Below are positions 47,254-58,263 of a stretch of DNA of 64,000 nucleotides, in pieces (within the stretch, counting starts at the first letter, position 1; every line of letters starts with the position of its first letter). Below the pieces are notes generated by a model. That model was not told the origin of the DNA. It saw only the letters and a list, made by a program, of their open reading frames with translations, and did no database searches. Position numbers and translations under genes: made by a program. The stretch is from Armatimonadota bacterium. GTDB taxonomy: Bacteria; Armatimonadota; SYMT01. The stretch lies in NCBI GenBank assembly GCA_041690135.1, contig JAWLHY010000002.1, forward strand, positions 192,001-256,000, read 5' to 3'.

Positions 47254-48135
47254 ATGCAGGAGCGAGCGCTGGAGGGAGCGGTTGCGGTAGTCACGGGCGC
47301 CAGCCGGGGTGCGGGCCGGGGGATTGCGCTGGAGTTGGGCGCCGCCGGGGCGACGGTTTACGTGACGGGTCGCAGTGTGCGGGGAGAGCCGGGATCCGGT
47401 TACGAGCGGTTTCTGGAGCATCACCGGATGGAGCAGGCGCCGGGCACGATCGAGGAGACGGCGGAAGAGGTGTCGCGCCTGGGCGGGCGGGGGATCCCCG
47501 TGCGCTGCGACCACACGAATGAAGCGGAAGTGGCCGCGCTGTTCGAGCGGGTCGAGCGGGAGAGCAGTAAGCTGGACCTCCTGGTGAACAACGCCTGGGG
47601 CGGCCATCAGAACCCGATCGGCCGGGGTCCGTTTTGGGAAGAGCCGCTGGGGCACTGGGAGGGCATGTTCCAGTCCGGGCTGCGGAACCACCTGGTAGCC
47701 TCCTACTGTGCGGCGCCGCTCCTGGTCCGCCAGCGGCACGGGCTTGTCGTCACCATTACCTTCTGGGACCGCGATCGCTACATCGATAACCTCTTCTACG
47801 ATCTGGCAAAAGCCGGGATGACGCGCCTCGCGTTCGGGATGGCGCAGGACTTCCGACCGCACCAGGTGGCGTCGATCGCCCTTTCCCCCGGCTGGATGCG
47901 CACGGAGCTGGTGCTGGGGGTCTCCGGCACGGATGAGGAGCACTGGAAGGAATCCCCGGAGCTTCAGGGGACCGAAAGCCCGCGATATGTCGGCCGGGCA
48001 GTGGTCGCACTGGCGACGGACCCGAAGGTGATGGAGAAGTCCGGGCGGGTTTTCCGCACCGGCGACCTGGCAAAGGAGTACGGTTTTACGGACATTGATG
48101 GCCGGTGGATTCCGCCGTTCGAGATTGGGGACTGA
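47254..48135 (+). CDS. Short-chain dehydrogenase/reductase (DHRS1-like)
   Basis: [29 protein letters not shown]. Confidence 0.92.
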   Translation: MQERALEGAVAVVTGASRGAGRGIALELGAAGATVYVTGRSVRGEPGSGYERFLEHHRMEQAPGTIEETAEEVSRLGGRGIPVRCDHTNEAEVAALFERVERESSKLDLLVNNAWGGHQNPIGRGPFWEEPLGHWEGMFQSGLRNHLVASYCAAPLLVRQRHGLVVTITFWDRDRYIDNLFYDLAKAGMTRLAFGMAQDFRPHQVASIALSPGWMRTELVLGVSGTDEEHWKESPELQGTESPRYVGRAVVALATDPKVMEKSGRVFRTGDLAKEYGFTDIDGRWIPPFEIGD

Positions 48136-48212
48136 ACTTCATCCGGATGGGGGCTCTAGCCAGGGATAGCAGTCCACTCTATAATCGGGGCAGCGATGGA
48201 GAGACTGCCGGA

Positions 48213-50147
48213 ATGAGCAACAAATTCGACGTGATCGTGGTGGGGACGGGGCACGCGGGCTGTGAGGCCGCGCTGGCGTCGGCACGGATGGGCCGCCGGA
48301 CGCTGGCCGTGACCCTGAACCTGGACAATATCGGCCACATGCCGTGCAACTGCTCGGTCGGGGGACCGGCCAAGGGGCATGTGGTCCGGGAGATCGACGC
48401 CCTGGGTGGGGAGATGGGGGTGAATACGGACCACACCCTCACCCACATGCGGATGCTCAACACCGGCAAGGGACCGGCGGTCCAGGCCCTGCGCGCGCAG
48501 GCGGACAAGCAGCACTACCAGGACCGCATGGGCCAGGTGCTGCGTGCCCAGCCGAACCTCACCCTCGCCGGCGAGATCGTCGCTGAGTTAATTGTGGAGG
48601 GCTGCGCCGACGGCCAGGGGCCAGGGGCCAGGGGCCAGGGGGGAGAGGGGCAGGCGTACCGTATTCTGGGAATCCGCTGTGAGTCGGGGGCCGAGTACTT
48701 CGCGCCGGCGGTGATCATCACCACAGGGACGTTCCTGCGGGGCCTCTGCCATATCGGGGAGGAGAAGGTGCAGGCCGGCCGCCACGGCGAGCCACCCGCC
48801 ATCTCGCTCTCGGACCACCTGCGCGCGCTGGGTTTCGAGGTGTCGCGGTTCAAGACCGGGACGACGCCCCGGATCGCCATGGAGTCGCTCGATCTGAGCC
48901 GCACGGAGTTGCAGCCCTCGGACGACGATCCGGAGCCGTTCAGCTATCTCCACGACCAGCTGGAGCAGGAGGGGCTGCTGCCCTGCTGGCAGACGTACAC
49001 GACGCCGGAAACGCACCGGATCATCCGCGAGAACCTGCACCGCTCCGCGATGTACGGCGGCCATATCGAGGGGGTGGGCCCGCGCTACTGCCCGTCCATC
49101 GAGGATAAGGTCGTCAAGTTCCCGGACAAGGACCGCCACGGAATCTTCCTGGAGCAGGAGGGCTGGCACACGAACTGGATCTACGTGCAAGGAATGTCGA
49201 CCAGTCTCCCGGCGGAGATCCAGCTCAAGTTCCTCCACTCCATTCCGGGGTTGGAAGCGTGCGAGATGCTCCGCCCCGGTTACGCGGTGGAGTACGACTG
49301 CGTGCTGCCCACCCAGCTCACGCCGTGGCTGGAGACGAAGCGGGTCCGCGGTCTGTTTCTGGCCGGCCAGATCAACGGCACCTCCGGCTACGAAGAGGCG
49401 GGGGGCCAGGGCCTGATCGCGGGGATCAACGCCGCGCTCCGTGCCGAGCGGGAAGATGCCGAGCCGTTTACACTGGACCGGGGGGAATCGTACATCGGCG
49501 TGATGATCGACGACCTGGTGACGAAGGGGACCTTCGAGCCGTACCGGCTGCTCACCTCGCGCGCCGAGCACCGGCTGATCCTGCGCCACGACAACGCGGA
49601 TCTCCGCCTCACCGCGAAGGGCCGCGCGCTGGGCCTTGTCTCGGACGAGCGGTGGAGCCGGTTCCTGGAGCGGCAGTCCACACTTGAAGACGCGAAGCAG
49701 CGCCTGGGGCGGGTGAACCTGCAGCCCGGCTTTTCGTTTGGGGGGCTGCGCGGACCGGTGACGTTGGACAAGCAGGCGCAGGGTCCACAGTTCCTGCGCC
49801 GGCCGGACGTGGATCACCATGTGCTGCGCCGGGAGTTTCCGCAGTTCGCGGAGACGCCTCGGTTCGTGCTCCGCGACCTGGAGATCCACGCCAAGTACGA
49901 GGGGTACATCGAGCGCCAGCACGAGGAAGTGGAGCGCCAGCGGCGGATGGAGAGCCGCGCGATCCCGGACGATCTCGACTACCGGGAGATCCACGGGCTC
50001 TCCACCGAAGGGCGCGAGAAGCTGATCCGGCTCCGACCGCGCAGCCTGGGTCAGGCCGCGCGGATCCCAGGCCTCACCCCGGCGGATATCAGCGTGCTGA
50101 TGATCGCCCTGGAAGCCGCCCGGAGACGCGTTCCCGTTAAGGGATAA
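48213..50147 (+). CDS. mnmG: tRNA uridine 5-carboxymethylaminomethyl modification enzyme
   Basis: [52 protein letters not shown]. Confidence 0.97.
   Translation: MSNKFDVIVVGTGHAGCEAALASARMGRRTLAVTLNLDNIGHMPCNCSVGGPAKGHVVREIDALGGEMGVNTDHTLTHMRMLNTGKGPAVQALRAQADKQHYQDRMGQVLRAQPNLTLAGEIVAELIVEGCADGQGPGARGQGGEGQAYRILGIRCESGAEYFAPAVIITTGTFLRGLCHIGEEKVQAGRHGEPPAISLSDHLRALGFEVSRFKTGTTPRIAMESLDLSRTELQPSDDDPEPFSYLHDQLEQEGLLPCWQTYTTPETHRIIRENLHRSAMYGGHIEGVGPRYCPSIEDKVVKFPDKDRHGIFLEQEGWHTNWIYVQGMSTSLPAEIQLKFLHSIPGLEACEMLRPGYAVEYDCVLPTQLTPWLETKRVRGLFLAGQINGTSGYEEAGGQGLIAGINAALRAEREDAEPFTLDRGESYIGVMIDDLVTKGTFEPYRLLTSRAEHRLILRHDNADLRLTAKGRALGLVSDERWSRFLERQSTLEDAKQRLGRVNLQPGFSFGGLRGPVTLDKQAQGPQFLRRPDVDHHVLRREFPQFAETPRFVLRDLEIHAKYEGYIERQHEEVERQRRMESRAIPDDLDYREIHGLSTEGREKLIRLRPRSLGQAARIPGLTPADISVLMIALEAARRRVPVKG
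48612..48650 (+). repeat. (GGCCAGG)x4 in frame within mnmG
   Basis: Encodes [13 protein letters not shown]. Confidence 0.85.
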
Positions 50148-50901
50148 CCAGCCTCCCCACCACCAGGGACTTCTGGGTCTGGTCGTAGAAGGTGGAGTAC
50201 TTGCTGGTGCTCCAGCAGTGCCCCACCACCTGGTCGTCCGCGGCATCCGCAAAGACGACCATCTTCCCCGCGCCGACGCCATTGTCCGGGCCGTTGGTGT
50301 CGGGTCGGGTCTTTCGGGTGTCGTCGGCGCCGTGGTAACTGGAGCTGGAGTCGATCACCAGCACCTCATACTTGCGGATCCCGTTCGTTTCGGAGACCAG
50401 TTGCGGCGCGGCGGCAATCATCGCTACGTGGCCCGTGCTGCTCGACTGGACGGCGATGTTCTTGATGGCGATGAAGTCGCCCGGCTGCCAGTCGCCGACC
50501 CGGCCCATCACCACGAAATTCAGGCGCCGGTGCGGGCGCGTGCTGTAGCTCTGCTGTGGCCCGATGAACCAGTCGTGGTATTTCGCCGCCGTTGGGCTCG
50601 TGGAGCCCATGTTCCGGTAGAAGTCCGACTCGGTGTAACCGTAGGTGTGCTGGATCAGCCGGGAGACGAACTGGGAGCAGACCGTCCGGTTCGACGGAGG
50701 CGCATCTGTGCCCACCCAGCTCACCACGCTATCTTTGTTGTAGATGTTGTCGGCCGGCTCGATGGTCGCGACCAGAGCTTCCGCCTCCAGTTGGTGGATG
50801 GGGGCGCCGGTGGCATTCCCCCGCGCTGCCACGGCCAGGGGCAGGCTGAGAGCCGCCGCGCAGACCATTCCCCGAACCCACTTGCCGCGGGTTTTGTTCA
50901 C
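50137..50901 (-). CDS. Secreted NlpC/P60- or CHAP-like Cys-His protein
   Basis: SD GAGGAGG and GTG start, signal peptide, VCSQFV, PGDFI, TGHVAMI. Confidence 0.7.
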   Translation of the reverse strand: MNKTRGKWVRGMVCAAALSLPLAVAARGNATGAPIHQLEAEALVATIEPADNIYNKDSVVSWVGTDAPPSNRTVCSQFVSRLIQHTYGYTESDFYRNMGSTSPTAAKYHDWFIGPQQSYSTRPHRRLNFVVMGRVGDWQPGDFIAIKNIAVQSSSTGHVAMIAAAPQLVSETNGIRKYEVLVIDSSSSYHGADDTRKTRPDTNGPDNGVGAGKMVVFADAADDQVVGHCWSTSKYSTFYDQTQKSLVVGRLVIP

Positions 50902-51088
50902 TGCCGTTTCCTCCTCTTGCCGCGCCGGTCGTCCCTGACGGTGCGCGGGCTGTTGTTTGCGTTCCCAGAGGCCGGCTAGTTCGCCCGGCCAGGCAGAGTA
51001 TGCACGCCAGGCGACAGTGGAGGCTGTGGCAGGGTTCACAGGCGGGAGGTGAACCGCTCGCAAGCACGGCCGGCGGTACAAGAAAAAG

Positions 51089-51115
51089 CCCGCCGGAAGT
51101 ACTGCATCCGGCGGG
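51089..51115 (-). terminator. Intrinsic terminator (minus strand)
   Basis: CCCGCCGGA...TCCGGCGGG followed by CTTTTTCTT on the minus strand. Confidence 0.65.
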
Positions 51116-51260
51116 AAGCGGTCCCTCCCCCATGCAGGCGAGACCGCGGGTTAAGAGGCTCCCACAGCCAGCATACCCGCTGGGCCCGCGAGCGTGACAG
51201 AGATTCCGTTAGCCCGTTTCGTCTTGATCCTGGAAGTGGCTTTCGGGCCTGGAAGGCGTG

Positions 51261-51767
51261 TCAGCCGGGAAAACGGTGGAGCATGTTGGAAGAGATCCCG
51301 CCGGTGCGATTGACGATCTCGGAGCCGGGGATCGGTTCGAACCCGGCCCGCCGGTAGAGGCGGACGGCCGGGTTGGTTTCGCGCACGTTCAGGCACACTC
51401 CCGGATAACGGGGAGAGCTCTCCCGGAGCTGAGCGAGCAGTTGCGATAGAAGCGTGCTGCCCACGCCTCGGCCGCGGTGGTCGGGGAGCACGGCCATCGC
51501 CAGCTCCGGGGTGGCTGCATCCACGTAGCCGAACCCCGGATCTCCGGCGGGGAAGAGGCGCACCCAGGCGGCGCCCACGGGTAGACCGGTTTCATTCAGA
51601 AACGCGCCGATCCCGAGGTCGTGGGCTCGTCCCCAGCCCTCCACATAGTGGCGGAGGCAGGGCTGCGGGAGAACGCTCTCCACGGAAGGCTCGTGGGCCG
51701 CCAGGGTCAGCATCTCCCACAGAAGCGGTTCGTCGTGTGCCGTCAACGGGCGGTAGGAGTAGGACAT
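51261..51767 (-). CDS. GNAT N-acetyltransferase
   Basis: GFGYVDAATPELAMAV, HRGRGVG, NPAVRLYRRAGF. Confidence 0.9.
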   Translation of the reverse strand: MSYSYRPLTAHDEPLLWEMLTLAAHEPSVESVLPQPCLRHYVEGWGRAHDLGIGAFLNETGLPVGAAWVRLFPAGDPGFGYVDAATPELAMAVLPDHRGRGVGSTLLSQLLAQLRESSPRYPGVCLNVRETNPAVRLYRRAGFEPIPGSEIVNRTGGISSNMLHRFPG

Positions 51768-51854
51768 AAGGAGAGACCGTTCGGCCCTGGCTTGCGGGCT
51801 GTGATCCAAAAGCATGCAGGCGGGTTCTTTCCAGCATAGGGACCAAAAGCAGAA

Positions 51855-52478
51855 ATGGAAACACCGATCGACCGGATCGAGACGCCCCGCATGGTGGGCG
51901 AGCGGATCTCCCGCGAGCAGTTCGAGGAAGTCCGGCGGCTCCATCGCGACCCGGTCGTGATGCGTACCCTCTCCGCAGATGGGCAGGTTGTCCCGGACGA
52001 GTTGACCTTGCGGGGACTCCAGTCCCAGGAGGAGCACTGGGAGCAGCACGGCTATGGGCTTTGGGTCTTCCGGGCTCGCACTGACGGACGGTTCATTGGG
52101 CGCGGCGGGTTGAAGGAGCACGCCCTCGACATAGGCCGGGTGCCGGGCCTGGCCTACGCCGTGATGTCGCCGGAGTGGGGGAAGGGCTATGCCTCGGAGA
52201 TGGCGGCGGCGACCCTGCGGGTGGGGTTCGAGCAGTTGGGGTTCCCCGAGATCTTCTCCTGGACGCTGCCCATCAACCTGGCCTCCCAGCGGGTGATGGA
52301 GAAATTGGGCTTCCAGTACGAACGGGACTTCGAGTTCGCCGGGCTTCCCCACCGGTTCTACCGGTTGACGCGGGATGAGTGGGAACTTGCCCGGCGCGGT
52401 GCCGAGATCCGCAGCGGGAATGTTGTTGGTGAGCCTGCGGACGCCGTGTTCGCCCGGTTGCGTCGTAGATGGGGGTGA
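51855..52478 (+). CDS. RimJ/RimL-type GNAT acetyltransferase with atypical C-terminal tail
   Basis: IETPRM, WGKGYASE, NLASQRVMEKLGF. Confidence 0.9.
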   Translation: METPIDRIETPRMVGERISREQFEEVRRLHRDPVVMRTLSADGQVVPDELTLRGLQSQEEHWEQHGYGLWVFRARTDGRFIGRGGLKEHALDIGRVPGLAYAVMSPEWGKGYASEMAAATLRVGFEQLGFPEIFSWTLPINLASQRVMEKLGFQYERDFEFAGLPHRFYRLTRDEWELARRGAEIRSGNVVGEPADAVFARLRRRWG

Positions 52479-52896
52479 AGTGGGACCGGTTGTGCCCGCC
52501 GACCCATCGTGCAGCCGCCGCCGGTAGGCGGACGGCGCGGTGGTCCGCGATGTGCGACGGGATCAGCGCCCATGCGGCGGTTTCGGTTGGGGTTCGAGGC
52601 GACGGCGCGTGGTGCAGTCCGGGTGCGAAGGCATGATCCTGGTCGGGGACAGCGACGCCGACCCTACTATCGGCATTGCGAGTACCATGGTGCAGTACGG
52701 GTGCCGGAGCAGGGTCACGATCGGGGACGACGGTCGGGAGTTTACGCTGTGTCCCTTTACAACTGCCGAGGCGGGCGAGACGCCCGCCCCACCGCGCGGC
52801 GCCCGGCTCACAGGGTTCAGTTCTCCCTGCGAGCCGGGCGCCGCGTGAGAGCCCCCTCAGTACCAAAACGGTGAGGGGGCTCTGGGCCTGATACCG

Positions 52897-55074
52897 TTAA
52901 TCTCGCGCGGGGGCGTAGACTTCGGTGGAGTACTCGGTGAGCATGCGGTCCGTGTTGAAGACGGGGCCGCACGACTTGAGGCTTTCCTTCATCATCGCCA
53001 CCCACCGGCGGGGGATTCCCTGGGCGTCCCGGTCGTAGTAGGTGGGGATCACCTCTTGTTCCAGGGTGCCGTAGAGGGAAAGGGCGTCGTCGCGGTCCTG
53101 GAGGGAGGCGTCCGTGTACTCCTTCTCCTCGCCGATGGCCCAGCCGTTGCGGCCGTTGTAGCCTTCCGCCCACCAGCCGTCGAGGATGCTGCAGTTCAGC
53201 ACGCCGTTCAGTGCCGCCTTCATGCCGCTGGTGCCGCTGGCTTCCAGCGGGCGGCGCGGCAGGTTCAGCCACACGTCGACGGATTGGACCATCTCACGAG
53301 CGATGGAGATGTCGTAGTCCACCAGGAAGACCGCCTGCCGGATGAGGCGCTGGTCGTACTTGATGCGGAAGAGTTGCTGCACCAGGCGCTTGGCCTCGCT
53401 GTCCCCGGGGTGAGCCTTGCCCGCCAGCACGAGCTGCACGGGGCGGCCGGGGATGTTGAGCAGGCGCAGGGCACGCTCCGCGTCGTGGAGGAGCAGGTCG
53501 AGGCGCTTGTAGGTGGCCACCCGGCGGGCGAACCCGATGGTGAGCGCGTCGGGGTCCAGCAGGCGCTCGGCGGCGCGCACGTACTCTTCTTGTTCCTGGT
53601 TGTGGATGCGGGTGTGGCGGGCTCGGCCCCGGACCTGCTGCACCAGGCGGCGCTTGAGCCGGCAGTGGGCGTCCCAGAGCTCCTCATCCGGAATATCATC
53701 CACGGCCGCCCAGATCGCAGGGTCGCATTGCCGCTGCTCCCAGTCGGCGCCGAGGTAGCGGTCGAGCAGGTCCCGCAGTAGCGGCGCTACCCAGGTGGGG
53801 GCGTGGATGCCGTTCGTGACGGAGCCGATGGGCACGTCCGCGCCGCGCTTGCCGGGCCACATCATGTGGAGCATGTCGCGGCAGACCTCGCCATGCAGCC
53901 GGCTGACGCCGTTCACGCTGCGCGAGCAGTGGATGGCGAGCGGCGTCATCCCGAACTCCTCGTAGGTGTCGTCCGGGTTCTTCCGGCCCAGCAGCATCAC
54001 CTTCTCGCGCGGCACCTCGAAGCTGGAGCCGCGGAACTCCTCCAGGTAGTCCGACATGAACGTCTGGATCTTCTCCTGGGGAAACGTGTCGTGCCCGGCG
54101 GGAACGGGGGTGTGGGTGGTGAAGACGGTCTGCTTTTTCGTCGCGTTCAGGGCCTCTTCCCAGAGCTGGCCGCGGTCGAGACCCTCGCGGATCAGCTCCA
54201 GGCCCAGGAACGCGGCGTGCCCCTCGTTCATGTGGAACACGCCGGGCTGGTAACCCAGCAGGCGGAGGGCGCGGACGCCGCCGATCCCCAGGACCATCTC
54301 CTGGGCCAGGCGGGTGTCTTTAGTGCCGCCGTAGAGGTGGCCGGTGATCCAGCGGTCGATCGGGTCGTTGTCCTCGCGGTCGGCATCCAGCAGGATCAGG
54401 GGGATCCGGCCCACGCGGAGCCCCCAGAGCTGGAGCGTTACCCGGCGCTCCCGGAACGGCACCGAGACGGTGAGCGGGGTCCCGTCGTCCTTGAGCAGGA
54501 GGCCCACCGGCAGCCGCCCGAAGGGGGTGTCCCGATATTCCTCGGACTGCCACCCGCTGCGGTCGAGTCGCTGGTGGAAATAGCCCTGTTTGTAGCGGAG
54601 CCCCACGGCGAGCAGCGGGATCCCCAGGTCGGAGGCCGATTTCAGGTGGTCGCCCGCCAGCACCCCTAACCCGCCGGAGTAGATGGGGATCGACTCATGA
54701 ATGCCGAACTCCGCGCAGAAGTAGGCAACGGGCCGTCCGCCGTAGCATTCCTGAACGCGCTCGGCCGCGGAGGAGAGGGGGCGGGCCAGGTACTCCCGCA
54801 GCGAGGCCGCCACGCGCTCCGCCCGCTGCACGAAGACCGGATCGGTGGCCAGCTCCATCAGCCGCTGGGGGGAAGCCTCTTCCAGGACCGCGCGGGCGTT
54901 GCCGGCGGTCGTGGTCCAGAGGTGGCAGTCGATCTCCCGGAAGAGGGACATGGCGTCGGGCAGCCACGTCCAGGCCAGGTTCCACACGACGTCCGCCAGG
55001 CAGGCAAGCTCCCGCGGGAGGCGGCGGCGGGTCCGCTGGACGTCGATCGTCAAGGCCTCGAAAACTGGATCCAT
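52897..55074 (-). CDS. glgP: Alpha-glucan (glycogen) phosphorylase
   Basis: YSGGLGVLAGD, NEGH, TTHTPVPAGHD, GFARR, PLP-site EASGTSGMKA. Confidence 0.96.
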   Translation of the reverse strand: MDPVFEALTIDVQRTRRRLPRELACLADVVWNLAWTWLPDAMSLFREIDCHLWTTTAGNARAVLEEASPQRLMELATDPVFVQRAERVAASLREYLARPLSSAAERVQECYGGRPVAYFCAEFGIHESIPIYSGGLGVLAGDHLKSASDLGIPLLAVGLRYKQGYFHQRLDRSGWQSEEYRDTPFGRLPVGLLLKDDGTPLTVSVPFRERRVTLQLWGLRVGRIPLILLDADREDNDPIDRWITGHLYGGTKDTRLAQEMVLGIGGVRALRLLGYQPGVFHMNEGHAAFLGLELIREGLDRGQLWEEALNATKKQTVFTTHTPVPAGHDTFPQEKIQTFMSDYLEEFRGSSFEVPREKVMLLGRKNPDDTYEEFGMTPLAIHCSRSVNGVSRLHGEVCRDMLHMMWPGKRGADVPIGSVTNGIHAPTWVAPLLRDLLDRYLGADWEQRQCDPAIWAAVDDIPDEELWDAHCRLKRRLVQQVRGRARHTRIHNQEQEEYVRAAERLLDPDALTIGFARRVATYKRLDLLLHDAERALRLLNIPGRPVQLVLAGKAHPGDSEAKRLVQQLFRIKYDQRLIRQAVFLVDYDISIAREMVQSVDVWLNLPRRPLEASGTSGMKAALNGVLNCSILDGWWAEGYNGRNGWAIGEEKEYTDASLQDRDDALSLYGTLEQEVIPTYYDRDAQGIPRRWVAMMKESLKSCGPVFNTDRMLTEYSTEVYAPARD

Positions 55075-55312
55075 AAGCAGGTATGTTCTCCTGTGGTGGC
55101 ACGGGGGGAGAGTGGGAGACTCTCGGAATTCCGTTGGTCGCCGGCGGTTGGGCGGTGGGTTCCTTCCAGGGCTGTACGGAAGTACGCGACCCCGCCGAAG
55201 CCGGCGCCGGAATGATATAGCCCCGTTCGAGCGGTTTCTAACCTCCGCTCGGGCGCCTTCCCATTCTATCTAAGCCCTGCCGGTCGAGGGAGTGTTAGAA
55301 CGGTACCTTAAG

Positions 55313-55694
55313 GTAGGCGGGGACCTCTGGCCGTCGCATGAGTTTGCATACGTCGCAGTAAGCGGTAGTGCATTGATCACGGGCAGTTGGACTGCCCGTG
55401 ACCCCTTCGTCCGCAGGCCTACGACCCGTATGGGTGGCACTGCGGTCCCCTGGTCACCGTACCGGCCGTTGTTGTTTGCTCCTGTGGATGTACCGCGTCG
55501 GGTGCAACGCTGATCGTTAGAGGACCCGGTCAGCCGTCGTCCAAAACGGGTGCGGCGCAGTGCAACTGCGCACGAAGCCCATCGCTGCAGTGCAACTGCA
55601 GCGGATCAGGAGCAGATGGCGGGGTGAGCGGGAGTCCCACACGGCGTGATGGGTGCTAACCCAATGGCCGGCGGGGACGGAGATCCCGCCCTAC
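55313..55694. repeat. Inverted GTAG REP-like pair enclosing a hairpin cluster
   Basis: GTAGGCGGGGACCTC... at 55313 and reverse-complement GTAGGGCGGGATCTC... at 55694; three GCAGT-N3-ACTGC hairpins inside. Confidence 0.65.
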
Positions 55695-55778
55695 TTCTGC
55701 GGGTGCAAAAACTGCGGCTATTCCGTTTACCAGGAGCCCGTCCTGCCGTGGGGCAGAGCGGGGGCGGATCACTGGGAT

Positions 55779-55824
55779 GCGAGTGCAGAGGCTCGCTCGT
55801 TCAAAAGGCCCCCTCTGCACTCGC
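55779..55824 (-). terminator. 13-bp inverted repeat downstream of the GH15 gene
   Basis: GCGAGTGCAGAGG...CCTCTGCACTCGC. Confidence 0.45.
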
Positions 55825-55861
55825 CAGGTGTTTCTCCGTGTGCTCCGTGGTGAAAACCGGC

Positions 55862-57799
55862 TCACTTGGTGGAGGCGATCTCCGGCTCGGGCCAGAGGGC
55901 CGGGGTGGAGCGGAGGAGGCGTCCGACCTTCTGGAGCAGGATGATGATCCAGGCGTGGCTCCAACCGAGGGGCGCGGCGCTGCAGGGGGTGCCGGTCTGC
56001 TTGTGGCTCTGCTCCGGCAGGAAGTCGTGCAGCATGGCGTGCTTGAGACACCAATCGAGCTGCCGGTTGACCTCTTTGAGGTCCCCCATCTCCGCGAAGT
56101 AGAGCGCCAGCCAGATGGCGCTGAGCGACCAGGGATTGCCGCCCACAAAGAGGTCGCTGGCGTAGCGGCCGACACCCTCAATCGGATAATCGACGGCGGC
56201 CTCAATACGCTGGACGGTGCGGATCATCTCGGGACTGTCGGCGGGGACCACGCGGTACGGCACGGCCAGGCCGACGTTGCTGATATCCAGGTCGTAGTCC
56301 GAGCGCATGTGGAACTTGCGCCGGGGCTGCTGCTCTCCCACGAACGAGCCGTCCTGCAGGAAGTGGGCGTAGACCGCCTTCTTCAGGCGCTCCGCCGCGT
56401 CGCGCCAGCGGATGCAGTCGGTCTCCTGTCCCACCTCGCGGGCGATCCGGGACCCGGCGAAGAGACCGGCGACACAGGCCGCGTTGGTGTAGGAGAGGTA
56501 GCCGCCCGTTTCTTCCCAGAGGTCCTGTTCGGAATAGACCAGGCCGAGCTTCGGGTCGATGCGGCCGACGACGCACTCCGCCGCGCGTTCGATGGTGGGC
56601 CACATCTCCACCAGGAAGCTGCGGTTGCCGGTGAGTTGGAAGTGCTCCCAGGCGCCCCAGATCACCGCGGGGATCTGGTCCATCTGCAGGCCGGCCCAGT
56701 GACGGCGGCCATCGGTGTAATGGTTCTGGTACCACACGCCGTCCCACATCTGGGTGCGCTGGCACCACTTGTAGAACAGCCGCGCCTCTTCGTGGTACCC
56801 GCAAGAGTCGAGCGCCCACGCCTCGTAAACGGCGTCGCGGGGCCAGCAGTACCGGTAGTCCGGCTCCAGGGTGGGCGCCGCGATGAACGAGCCGTACTTG
56901 CGGTCCTGCAGCAGCTTCAGCAGCAGGATCGACCGCAGGTAGAGCGCCTCCAGGCGGGGGTTATCCAGGTTCGGGAGCGAGCGCTTGCCGGTCTCCAGCC
57001 AGTGGCGCCAGTAGCCGACGGTATCGCCCAGCAACTGATCGGGGTGGCGGCCCTTGACCCGCTCCAGCGCGTCCTCCGCGTCGAACAGGTTCATGCCCGG
57101 GACGAAGAAGACGCTGATCTTGGTGGACTGCCCCGGGGCCAGCTCCCGTTCCCACAGCAGGGCGGTGGTGGTGCCGGTGGGGTCGCCGAAGGCGTAGCGG
57201 TTCTCTTTGAGCTTGCCGTCGCGCACGTCCACGAAGGCGTCGAGGTGTTCGCCGTGCTCTTCGAAGGAGACCCCGCACTGGAAGCTGGTGGGCTCCGGCT
57301 CACCGCTGATCAACCAGACGATCTGCGATTCGACCGCGTTGTCCCAGGGGTGACCCCGGTACCGGACGGCGTGGTAACCCAGCCGGTTGAAGTAGGCGAC
57401 GTTGTACCCGAACTGGCCCTTGTGATCCTCCACCGAGGAGGCCTCTGCATGGAAGATCGCCAGCTTCAGGGGCGTGGAGCCGGTGTTCCGGATCTCCAGC
57501 ATCCGCGTCGCTCCCGAGAACTCGGGGTGTACGAAGTCGACGATCTGCGCCCAGAGGTTGGGGCGCACGAACGTGGTGGCGAGGACGTTGGTGTCCTCGA
57601 GGTACCGCTGCTCCACGTGGAAATCGGGCGAGGTCAGCCAGAGGCACTCGTCCCGCCCGTGGAGGTAGACACCGAACTGAGATTGGATGATGTGCCGGAA
57701 AAAGCCGATGGACGGGTAGTACGCTTCCGTCATCGTTCCATCGGCTCGCACCCTGGCCAGCATCTCACCGTTGCCGACCAGTCCGAAATCAGGAATCAT
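55862..57799 (-). CDS. Glycoside hydrolase family 15 (glucoamylase-like)
   Basis: YRYCWPRD, QMDQ, DLWEE, LPEQ, PLGWSHA. Confidence 0.93.
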   Translation of the reverse strand: MIPDFGLVGNGEMLARVRADGTMTEAYYPSIGFFRHIIQSQFGVYLHGRDECLWLTSPDFHVEQRYLEDTNVLATTFVRPNLWAQIVDFVHPEFSGATRMLEIRNTGSTPLKLAIFHAEASSVEDHKGQFGYNVAYFNRLGYHAVRYRGHPWDNAVESQIVWLISGEPEPTSFQCGVSFEEHGEHLDAFVDVRDGKLKENRYAFGDPTGTTTALLWERELAPGQSTKISVFFVPGMNLFDAEDALERVKGRHPDQLLGDTVGYWRHWLETGKRSLPNLDNPRLEALYLRSILLLKLLQDRKYGSFIAAPTLEPDYRYCWPRDAVYEAWALDSCGYHEEARLFYKWCQRTQMWDGVWYQNHYTDGRRHWAGLQMDQIPAVIWGAWEHFQLTGNRSFLVEMWPTIERAAECVVGRIDPKLGLVYSEQDLWEETGGYLSYTNAACVAGLFAGSRIAREVGQETDCIRWRDAAERLKKAVYAHFLQDGSFVGEQQPRRKFHMRSDYDLDISNVGLAVPYRVVPADSPEMIRTVQRIEAAVDYPIEGVGRYASDLFVGGNPWSLSAIWLALYFAEMGDLKEVNRQLDWCLKHAMLHDFLPEQSHKQTGTPCSAAPLGWSHAWIIILLQKVGRLLRSTPALWPEPEIASTK

Positions 57800-58263
57800 T
57801 ACGCTCGCCCTGCAACTTGCTCCTCTTCCTCATCCACGCATTCATTATCGGTCGTGCGGGAGAATATCCCCTGGCCGGTCGGCAGCACCAGCACCACCGG
57901 ACGGTGCATCTCCTCGCTCAGCTCGCTGGCCTCCGGGTGCATCCGGTCGGCATGCGGGAGCGCGTTCACCCCATAAGCTCCCATCACCACCAGGTCCGCA
58001 TCGGAGTCCGCGGCGACTTCCGGCAGCTTGGTGCGCGGATCGCCGATCTCCAGCCGCGTCTGGATCCGCACGTTCCGGGCGATCACCTCGCACTGGCGGC
58101 GGCTGTTTTCCAGCAGGAACTTTCCTCGCTCCAGGTCGGCCATCCGCGCGGAAGGGGCGACGTAGAGGAGCAGGAGGTCGCCTTGGGGTCGGCTCCGGGC
58201 GGCGTACTTCATCGCCTCTTGCGAGGATTGCGACCCGTCGATCGGGACAAGGGTGGTCGTCAT
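57799..58263 (-). CDS. Universal stress protein (UspA family)
   Basis: LVPIDGS, GDP, DLVVMGA, PVVLV; TAATG overlap with GH15; alternative start at 58401. Confidence 0.85.
   Translation of the reverse strand: MTTTLVPIDGSQSSQEAMKYAARSRPQGDLLLLYVAPSARMADLERGKFLLENSRRQCEVIARNVRIQTRLEIGDPRTKLPEVAADSDADLVVMGAYGVNALPHADRMHPEASELSEEMHRPVVLVLPTGQGIFSRTTDNECVDEEEEQVAGRA

Noticed and set aside
52540-52848. Small ORF between the GNAT gene and glgP
   Set aside because: No recognisable motif or clear SD; cannot be supported, though not excluded
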